Source of the DNA: a virus
Length of the DNA: 64,000 nucleotides
Strand: one strand, 5' to 3'
Virus record (IMG/VR): IMGVR_UViG_3300045988_010311
Coordinates: 1 to 64,000 of that record
The notes beneath the pieces were generated by a model that was not told the DNA's origin, did no database searches, and saw only the letters and a program-made list of their open reading frames with translations. Below are positions 58,015 to 63,448 of the stretch, piece after piece. The position numbers were made by a program, and so were the translations under genes. Each line of letters opens with the position of its first letter. Position 1 is the first letter of the stretch.

Positions 58015-58088
58015 TGCCTCCACAAGGACTTGAACCTTGAGTCCCCTGCTTAAGGGGCAGGTGCTTTAACCAATTCAGCTATAGAGGC
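58015..58088 (-). tRNA. tRNA-Lys (CTT), with unusual C at position 33
   Basis: Acceptor GCCTCTA/TGGAGGC. The anticodon arm CCTGC-CCCTTAA-GCAGG has a perfect stem, and the loop register gives anticodon CTT. Confidence 0.65.
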
Positions 58089-58094
58089 TTATAG

Positions 58095-58169
58095 ACTTGG
58101 AGGTGGGATTTGAACCCACGAATCACCAGTTTTGCAGACTGTGCCCTTAGACCACTCAGGTACTCCAAG
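58095..58169 (-). tRNA. tRNA-Cys (GCA)
   Basis: Acceptor CTTGGAG/CTCCAAG with a T73 discriminator, anticodon loop CTGCAAA, T-arm GTGGG-TTCAAAT-CCCAC. Confidence 0.8.
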
Positions 58170-58173
58170 ATAG

Positions 58174-58250
58174 TACTGGCAGAGGGACTTGAACCCCCAT
58201 GTGACCAATTACCCTTTCTAGACTGTATAAGAGTCAGGGGATATACCAGT
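58174..58250 (-). tRNA. atypical tRNA-like element (possible tRNA-Ile TAT lacking a canonical D-arm, or a pseudo-tRNA)
   Basis: Good acceptor (ACTGGTA/TGCCAGT) and T-arm (GGGGG-TTCAAGT-CCCTC). The only well-formed 7-nt loop hairpin is GACT-CTTATAC-AGTC, placed about 11 nt too close to the 5' end. Confidence 0.35.
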
Positions 58251-58257
58251 ATGCTGG

Positions 58258-58331
58258 GGTGTCTGATGGGAGTTGAACCCACACTACTTGGAGCCACAAT
58301 CCAAGGCTCTGACCAATTAAGCTACAGACAC
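58258..58331 (-). tRNA. tRNA-His (GTG)
   Basis: Acceptor GTGTCTG/CAGACAC with a C73 discriminator, D-arm GCTT-AATTGGTCA-GAGC, anticodon arm TTGGA-TTGTGGC-TCCAA. Confidence 0.85.
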
Positions 58332-58332
58332 A

Positions 58333-58406
58333 GTTCTGATGAGTGGACTCGAACCACTAGCTACTGCCTTATGAGAGCAGCTTTCTACCATTGAAATACA
58401 TCAGAA
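58333..58406 (-). tRNA. tRNA-Met or Ile2 (CAT), second copy
   Basis: Acceptor TTCTGAT/ATCAGAA, anticodon loop CTCATAA, T-arm AGTGG-TTCGAGT-CCACT. Confidence 0.8.
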
Positions 58407-58411
58407 TATAG

Positions 58412-58483
58412 TTGGCATACATGGAATTGAACCATGATTACTACCTTATCAGAGTAGCTTCCTAACCATTAGAAGATATGCCA
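58412..58483 (-). tRNA. tRNA-Ile (GAT)
   Basis: Acceptor TGGCATA/TATGCCA, anticodon loop CTGATAA, T-arm CATGG-TTCAATT-CCATG. Confidence 0.85.
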
Positions 58484-58489
58484 ATATAG

Positions 58490-58562
58490 CTAAGGTGGCA
58501 GGACTCGAACCTACAACTGCTGGTTTTGGAGACCAGTGTTCTACCTATTGAAATACACCTTA
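58490..58562 (-). tRNA. tRNA-Trp (CCA)
   Basis: Acceptor TAAGGTG/CACCTTA with a G73 discriminator, and anticodon arm CTGGT-CTCCAAA-ACCAG. Confidence 0.85.
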
Positions 58563-58567
58563 ATATG

Positions 58568-58642
58568 CTGGGATGATAGGACTCGAACCTACTGTCCCTT
58601 GATTAACAGTCAAGTGCTTTATACCACTTAAGCTTCATCCCA
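58568..58642 (-). tRNA. tRNA-Asn (GTT)
   Basis: Acceptor TGGGATG/CATCCCA and anticodon arm CTTGA-CTGTTAA-TCAAG. Confidence 0.85.
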
Positions 58643-58648
58643 ATATGT

Positions 58649-58720
58649 TGCTCCTATTAGAATCGAACTAATGACCTTTTCCTTGTAAGGGAACTGTTCT
58701 TAACCACTGAACTAAGGAGC
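58649..58720 (-). tRNA. tRNA-Val (TAC)
   Basis: Acceptor GCTCCTT/TAGGAGC, anticodon loop CTTACAA, T-arm ATTAG-TTCGATT-CTAAT. Confidence 0.8.
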
Positions 58721-58804
58721 ATTGATAGGGTAGTTTCTTTAACCTCTAACTACCAAAAGAGGGTTCTGACAAAAGCTCAACATTATGAAACACGGAAACT
58801 AATG

Positions 58805-58877
58805 TGGAGAATGAGGGACTTGAACCCTCTAATATAGCTTGCAAAGCTATCAGTTTAGCCAGTTAGCTTAATTCCCC
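58805..58877 (-). tRNA. tRNA-Ala (TGC)
   Basis: Acceptor GGGGAAT/ATTCTCC includes the G3:U70 Ala identity pair. The anticodon arm is ATAGC-TTTGCAA-GCTAT. Confidence 0.88.
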
Positions 58878-58882
58878 ATTAG

Positions 58883-58955
58883 TATGGGTACTTGGACTCG
58901 AACCAAGGACAACTACATCCCAAATGTAGCATTCTACCTACTGAATTACACCCAT
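58883..58955 (-). tRNA. tRNA-Pro (TGG)
   Basis: Acceptor ATGGGTG/TACCCAT and anticodon arm CTACA-TTTGGGA-TGTAG. Confidence 0.82.
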
Positions 58956-58961
58956 ATATTG

Positions 58962-59046
58962 CGGAGAGATGAGGTCCCGACCCCCAAGCATTTCACTGCC
59001 CCCATTGTTTTCAAGACAAGTCCCAGTCCCACTGAGTTATCTCTCC
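58962..59046 (-). tRNA. tRNA-Ser (TGA), type II, with a non-canonical T-loop
   Basis: Acceptor GGAGAGA/TCTCTCC, anticodon loop CTTGAAA, and a long variable arm. The T-loop reads GTCGGGA rather than TTCRANT. Confidence 0.7.
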
Positions 59047-59097
59047 ATTTGCCTACCTACCACTGTAGGATAGGACTTTGGTTTTGTTATAAGTGTG

Positions 59098-59170
59098 CAG
59101 ACTATGAGGGAGTTGAACCCTAACCTTCACATTGACAGTGTGATATGCAAACCACTACACTACATAGTCT
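59098..59170 (-). tRNA. tRNA-Asp (GTC)
   Basis: Acceptor AGACTAT/ATAGTCT and anticodon arm TCACA-CTGTCAA-TGTGA. Confidence 0.85.
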
Positions 59171-59180
59171 ATATAATTAG

Positions 59181-59252
59181 TACCCCCTGATAGAATCGAA
59201 CTATCATTCTAAGTTTAGAAGACTCATGTATTATCCATTATACTAAGAGGGC
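59181..59252 (-). tRNA. tRNA-Arg (TCT)
   Basis: Acceptor GCCCTCT/AGGGGGT, anticodon loop CTTCTAA, T-arm GATAG-TTCGATT-CTATC. Confidence 0.8.
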
Positions 59253-59260
59253 ATCTCTAG

Positions 59261-59332
59261 TTGGGACTAGAGGACTCGAACCTCTGCTATAAGAGCCAAA
59301 ATCTCATGTGACTGCCACTACACCAAGTCCCA
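59261..59332 (-). tRNA. tRNA-Gln (TTG)
   Basis: Acceptor TGGGACT/AGTCCCA (U1:A72), anticodon loop TTTTGGC, T-arm AGAGG-TTCGAGT-CCTCT. Confidence 0.8.
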
Positions 59333-59347
59333 TTCTTAATTACTCTG

Positions 59348-59355
59348 CAAAGGTA
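59348..59355 (-). promoter_or_regulatory. Bacteroidota-type -7 box (TACCTTTG + CA) driving the tRNA array
   Basis: The reverse complement of caaaggta matches the consensus. It lies 15 nt upstream of the 5' end of tRNA-Gln. Confidence 0.65.
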
Positions 59356-59855
59356 AGCAAATTTTTTGAATCTACCAAATTTTACTGTAATAAATTTAAT
59401 TATAAGAGTCTAGAAGAGTATTGAATTAAGGGCTTAGAGGAACGCTCAATAGCCTAATTGCTATGAGGTACAATAATATTGTCCTTCTTGATGTTCTTCT
59501 ATAGAACACCTAATACTTTCTCTGGTAATTACAATTCAATCAACTACTATTCTACTTACTTTCTTCATACCTTAATTATTAGGTATAATATATCCCCTAG
59601 CCTGTGTTGCCAAGCTTGTTTCATATTAGTTCTGCACTTCGTTGGACCCGTTCTTGGTTATACCCCTTAAAGCATATTTACCTGTACCTTTTCTCAGTAG
59701 TATTGGTTTATGCTAATCCAACTTATAACAAAACACTTTGTACCAGTATCGGGGACACCTCATTCCTATATATTGGAACTACTACCCAACTTCTGCTCCA
59801 TTACTTGATTACCTCATGGAGGATAGAGACATACTACCTATCTCTCTGGCAGGTG

Positions 59856-59863
59856 CAAAGGTA
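59856..59863 (-). promoter_or_regulatory. Bacteroidota-type -7 box (TACCTTTG + CA) reading into ~500 nt without an ORF
   Basis: The same 10-nt core TACCTTTGCA as three other promoters in the window. No ORF lies downstream before the tRNA promoter. Confidence 0.55.
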
Positions 59864-60061
59864 AGTATAAAATCTGATATAACCAAATATTTTAAGAAAG
59901 TTTAACTATACACTATGGTCTAGGTTAAAAAATTTTAATTTTTTTTTTATTTTATTTTTAAGGTGTTTCATTGGTGTGAGGGGAGTATAACCACCACTCC
60001 CTCCCTCCCCATGCCTTGAGGTTGGGATAGTCCCCCTCATAACAATCAAAACACTAGCGTT

Positions 60062-60418
60062 ATGGAGAACCAGAACGAGAGCCAGTTTGGGCAGCGCATG
60101 TCCATCGAACAATTCCTCATAAAGACGGGAGGAAAAACCCTTGATGTATACCCCAGAGCAGACAAGCCAGGGTATTACTACTTCAGCTCAGAGAATATGC
60201 TGGGCTATGTACCTCAGGAGCTTGGCAAGAAGATTGACTACATCAACGAGCACAAGACTGAGATTGAGGCAAAGAGAGCAAAAGGTGAGGAGCTTAGCGA
60301 TGATGAGAAGCTTGGCCGTCTCTTCATCACAGAGGTGACAACACCAGGGTTCACTGAACCCATGTTCATGCTCTGTGAGAGTAAGAGGGAGTCTATCCTT
60401 AGCTTCTCACTGGACTGA
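60062..60418 (+). CDS. hypothetical protein (118 aa) in a GC-rich insert
   Basis: ATG ORF with about 50% GC on line 60061, against about 35-40% elsewhere. A structured GC-rich leader precedes it and a UUCG hairpin follows. Confidence 0.55.
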   Translation: MENQNESQFGQRMSIEQFLIKTGGKTLDVYPRADKPGYYYFSSENMLGYVPQELGKKIDYINEHKTEIEAKRAKGEELSDDEKLGRLFITEVTTPGFTEPMFMLCESKRESILSFSLD

Positions 60419-60445
60419 CAGGGTGCCCTTCGGGGCATTCCTGTT
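60418..60445 (+). other. stem-loop with UUCG tetraloop at the end of the 118-aa gene
   Basis: ACAGGGTGCCC-TTCG-GGGCATTCCTGT forms an interrupted stem of about 10 bp. There is no T-run, so it is not a classical terminator. Confidence 0.5.
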
Positions 60446-60462
60446 CCACAGAGAGTTTAAGT

Positions 60463-60590
60463 AAATGACTCTTTTTACTCCTTAACTTCTTATAGCTGTG
60501 TTCCAATAGCAGCCTATCAGTGAAGAATAGTATCTGATAGTTTAGAGGTTTTGGAGTTAAAAAGAGTTAATTTACTACTCTACAAGGCTA
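60463..60590 (+). repeat. long imperfect inverted repeat (about 28-nt arms) enclosing a second 7-bp inverted repeat
   Basis: The arms are GAGTTTAAGTAAATGACTCTTTTTACTCC (60463-60491) and GGAGTTAAAAAGAGTTAATTTACTACTC (60563-60590). The inner pair is CTATCAG (60524-60530) and CTGATAG (60544-60550). Confidence 0.6.
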
Positions 60591-60597
60591 GGTGGGT

Positions 60598-60627
60598 GTA
60601 GCAAATATCCCACTTAGCCACTATTCC
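60598..60627 (+). other. 9-bp hairpin just upstream of the ATG at 60647
   Basis: CTAGGTGGG-(12 nt)-CCCACTTAG, with one G-U pair. Confidence 0.45.
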
Positions 60628-60646
60628 ACACACAAAATCTAAGAAA

Positions 60647-60877
60647 ATGAGGGAAGAGTTAGATATGCTCTTTTTGTTAGAGCACTTCAGCCTTGAAGAT
60701 TTAGTAAAGGCTGAGGAGGAGTATGTAAATTATCAGTGTAGGAACACTGATAACATAGCAGAGTCCTACACTGATGTAGCAGAGTACATAGATGATGAAT
60801 GTACCACAGCTATTACAACAAGGAGATATGATGTCTATGTTGACACTAGCTGGATGAATCTTTCATTCGAGTCATAG
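60647..60877 (+). CDS. small highly acidic protein (76 aa)
   Basis: ATG ORF rich in Asp/Glu, located in the early-type + strand block. Confidence 0.5.
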   Translation: MREELDMLFLLEHFSLEDLVKAEEEYVNYQCRNTDNIAESYTDVAEYIDDECTTAITTRRYDVYVDTSWMNLSFES

Positions 60878-60897
60878 AATAAATAACTACCACAAAA

Positions 60898-61317
60898 ATG
60901 AAAAAGTACGCTATACAAAGAATCAGCAGTGGTCAAGTAATCGACTACGTTGATAGTCCAGAACAAGCTTCTTTCTGGATACAGAGAGAAGAGGGGGTTG
61001 AGATAATACCCACCAATACCTCAAGTATTGTGGTGACTCACACAGAACTTGGTGGACCTAATGGATATGGCCATCAAGAGGAAGCTTTCACCACTTATGG
61101 TGGTATTGTGAGGTGTATTATAAACCTCTACAAATGGGCAATAAACGAAGCTTATCTTTGGGGTCCAAGCCCAAGAGACATTAGAGACTATCTTGGGAAA
61201 TGCCAAGTGACAGTGAATGGGCAAGACAAGACGAGATGGTTTCTATCCCAAGTAGATAAATTAAGCTATAATAAACCTCGCAAGAAGTCTATATGGAACT
61301 ATCAGCAGAGAAAATAG
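60898..61317 (+). CDS. hypothetical protein (139 aa)
   Basis: ATG ORF preceded by the A/C-rich, SD-less leader typical of this block. Confidence 0.5.
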   Translation: MKKYAIQRISSGQVIDYVDSPEQASFWIQREEGVEIIPTNTSSIVVTHTELGGPNGYGHQEEAFTTYGGIVRCIINLYKWAINEAYLWGPSPRDIRDYLGKCQVTVNGQDKTRWFLSQVDKLSYNKPRKKSIWNYQQRK

Positions 61318-61484
61318 CAATACACTACGAAGTGATTGCTGACACCGCCAACAAGGTTGGTAAGGTGGCAAAGGACCTCTCCATCCTATATAGAGAGTCC
61401 AGATTCAATAAAGAAAAGGCAACTCTCAGAAAAGAGAGACTGAAGGAGTGTATGAGGGCATTGGAAAGAATGCTAGAAGACTAA
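61293..61484 (+). CDS. small helical protein (63 aa)
   Basis: ATG ORF overlapping the previous gene by 25 nt and followed by a perfect palindrome. Confidence 0.4.
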   Translation: MELSAEKIAIHYEVIADTANKVGKVAKDLSILYRESRFNKEKATLRKERLKECMRALERMLED

Positions 61485-61493
61485 GCATAATAT

Positions 61494-61520
61494 AGTACCC
61501 CTACTATTAGTAGGGGTACT
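61494..61520 (+). other. perfect 13+13 palindrome (terminator or processing hairpin)
   Basis: AGTACCCCTACTA-T-TAGTAGGGGTACT, 10 nt after the stop at 61484. No T-run follows. Confidence 0.55.
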
Positions 61521-62012
61521 TAGATAAATAGCACTATTATTAAGTAGCTATACCTCAAGATAGATAGGAAGTAGAGGCTATCCTTAACGAAAATCCACTG
61601 TTGAGTGAAAGATGACGTGAAGGTCAAGCAGAAGTAGGCTCATGGAGCTGAAAGCAATACCGAGGGACTAAGTATCAAGTAGACAATACACAGTGCATTA
61701 GTAGAAAGGTTACTCTATCAGTAAAAAAGTACTTATTCTGATGAGTGGTAAAAGTAGAGGATTCCTATTAGGAAGATGATACTATCAGTTCGAGTTATAT
61801 AGTATATACGTGGTATCCCTATATAAAGAACTAGACGAGTATCTATAAACTATCCGAATATCCCAAAAGTACTGGAGGTCACTAACTTAAATAATAACAG
61901 TGCTAAAGGTGATTAGCATATATTGGTTAATGCAATAGTTATACTATGCAAATAGGCTCAAATCCTATATCACCTACTATAAAAAAAAAAATAACCACAA
62001 AATAACACAACA

Positions 62013-62189
62013 ATGGCAAGAAGAAGATTAAAAGGAGCATTTATATGCTCCTCAGAAAACTACGAACTCACCATAAGAGTTCGTAGACCCAAAAGGTATT
62101 TTATCCTATTTTGGGGTGAACTTTATGAGATTAAATTCTCTGAAGTCAAGATGTATAGGTCACATAATGTCAAAGTGATAGTAAAATGA
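62013..62189 (+). CDS. small basic protein (58 aa, below the track cutoff)
   Basis: ATG at 62013 with translation MARRRLKGAFICSSENYELTIRVRRPKRYFILFWGELYEIKFSEVKMYRSHNVKVIVK. Its stop overlaps the next ATG as ATGA. Confidence 0.45.
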   Translation: MARRRLKGAFICSSENYELTIRVRRPKRYFILFWGELYEIKFSEVKMYRSHNVKVIVK

Positions 62190-62398
62190 GAACAATTCTC
62201 ATCATAGTAGAGTCAATTCTACTGTTTCTCTCATCTGCATATATAAGAGAGACAAGAGAGGTTATAAGCTATTACAAGAAGTACTATAAAGCATCAGAGA
62301 GTCTATTGGATTCACTTGATGCACAATATAGTTGGACAGACTCTTATGATGTCTTTGACTATTATGAGTCTAAACAAAAGATAGTAGACCATGAGTAG
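62186..62398 (+). CDS. small protein with N-terminal TM (70 aa)
   Basis: ATG ORF coupled to both neighbours by overlaps. Confidence 0.5.
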   Translation: MRTILIIVESILLFLSSAYIRETREVISYYKKYYKASESLLDSLDAQYSWTDSYDVFDYYESKQKIVDHE

Positions 62399-62720
62399 GA
62401 AGTATGTCGTCTACGACACCACAGGTAATCCTGTTGGTGTACCATTCAAAACTATTAGAGAGGCTGAAGAGTATAAAGCCATCAACAGGAGATTTGATTG
62501 GACTGTGAGACTGGTAGACATAAACATATGGAGAGAGAGCACTCCTAAACAAAGGGGTGCTCTTGCTTTCTGTGAGGATGTCTTGGATATTCAATTTGAA
62601 GGCAACAGACATGATTTCTATGAAGTGTCTGACTTCTTGTCTGAATATCTTGAAGAAGCCAAGCAGACAGCTAGAGAGTTATCGTGTTTTTATTCATCTT
62701 ATACATGGAACAATGATTAA
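62391..62720 (+). CDS. hypothetical protein (109 aa)
   Basis: ATG ORF overlapping the upstream gene by 8 nt and the downstream gene through ATGATTAA. Confidence 0.5.
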   Translation: MSRKYVVYDTTGNPVGVPFKTIREAEEYKAINRRFDWTVRLVDINIWRESTPKQRGALAFCEDVLDIQFEGNRHDFYEVSDFLSEYLEEAKQTARELSCFYSSYTWNND

Positions 62721-62925
62721 AGTAAGTAAATGTGTATTATTGTACGCAACAATAATATGCAGCATCCTATTCATAGTAGGTGCTGACGTGATAATGTCAG
62801 TAGGTATTCAATATCTTCTGATATTTGGGTTAGTTTGTGTTGCTCTAATTTATCTATCTTATAAATTAATATCCAAGAAGGAGTTTGATTCCTTCACAGG
62901 ATTTAACATTATAGATAAATTGTAG
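62713..62925 (+). CDS. two-TM membrane protein (70 aa from the ATG at 62713)
   Basis: The track ORF at 62557 lies in the same frame but overlaps the 109-aa gene. The ATG at 62713 gives MIKVSKCVLLYATIICSILFIVG.... Confidence 0.45.
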   Translation: MIKVSKCVLLYATIICSILFIVGADVIMSVGIQYLLIFGLVCVALIYLSYKLISKKEFDSFTGFNIIDKL

Positions 62926-62999
62926 TTGTAGATTGGGCTTTTCTGGTTCGTGAGAATAGGAAAAGACTTTTATAGTAAACAATTAAAAACAGATTAAAT

Positions 63000-63293
63000 A
63001 TGAGAATTATAGTAGTTTTTATATTTGCTTGCATTAGTCTTATAGCTAATGCACAGCAATTCAAGCGTGAGGGTAATACCTTCGTGCAGGATACCACAAA
63101 GACTTTTAGAAAGTCTGAGGGTAAAGAGACCAAATACACATACAAGGATAAGAACAATAAGGTATATCCTATATTCATTACCTCTTCTGGAGCTGTGTAT
63201 ATAAACAAAATATCAGCAAAGACAGGTAAGGAATACAGAATGTACCTTCCCAAGGGTATCAAGGAAGCTATTGCCAAGGAGATAAAGCAATGA
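63000..63293 (+). CDS. secreted/periplasmic small protein with signal peptide (97 aa)
   Basis: The N-terminus is MRIIVVFIFACISLIANAQQ. Confidence 0.5.
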   Translation: MRIIVVFIFACISLIANAQQFKREGNTFVQDTTKTFRKSEGKETKYTYKDKNNKVYPIFITSSGAVYINKISAKTGKEYRMYLPKGIKEAIAKEIKQ

Positions 63294-63355
63294 TTATAAC
63301 AATATTTGCTTGGCTATTTGTAATAGTTTGGGTATTAAAAATGAAAGACCAATGA
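63290..63355 (+). CDS. 21-aa hydrophobic micropeptide candidate
   Basis: The translation is MIITIFAWLFVIVWVLKMKDQ, with ATGA overlaps at both ends. Confidence 0.35.
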   Translation: MIITIFAWLFVIVWVLKMKDQ

Positions 63356-63447
63356 TAATACTTGGAATTTTAGAGATAATATTCTATGGTTTTGGTACAT
63401 TCTTGTTTTGTATCTTGCTATGGCATGTCTTTTTTAACGATAAATAA
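63352..63447 (+). CDS. 31-aa hydrophobic micropeptide candidate
   Basis: The translation is MIILGILEIIFYGFGTFLFCILLWHVFFNDK. It has an ATGA overlap upstream and a 1-nt gap before the next ATG. Confidence 0.35.
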   Translation: MIILGILEIIFYGFGTFLFCILLWHVFFNDK

Positions 63448-63448
63448 G

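Noticed and set aside
58079-59123. Track ORFs at 58079-58297, 58110-58394 and 58884-59123.
   Set aside because: They run straight through tightly packed tRNA genes, so the open frames are accidental.
59906-60112. A 68-aa minus-strand ORF spanning the A/T tract and the GC-rich leader.
   Set aside because: It overlaps the start of the better-supported + strand 118-aa gene. Its sequence is low-complexity (KKKLKFF, GGSGG) and no promoter box lies upstream.
61738-61745. A CTGATGAG string resembling the hammerhead ribozyme core.
   Set aside because: I could not find a matching CGAAA core, a stem II/III arrangement, or a cleavage-site helix nearby. An 8-mer on its own is expected by chance.
62557-62712. 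The N-terminal 52 codons of track ORF 62557-62925.
   Set aside because: They overlap the 109-aa gene in another frame. The internal ATG at 62713 gives a clean two-TM protein and a typical ATGATTAA junction.
63020-63027. A plus-strand TATATTTG match to the TAnnTTTG promoter box.
   Set aside because: It lies 20 nt inside the 97-aa signal-peptide ORF, lacks the CA extension shared by the nine minus-strand boxes, and has no gene start at an appropriate distance.
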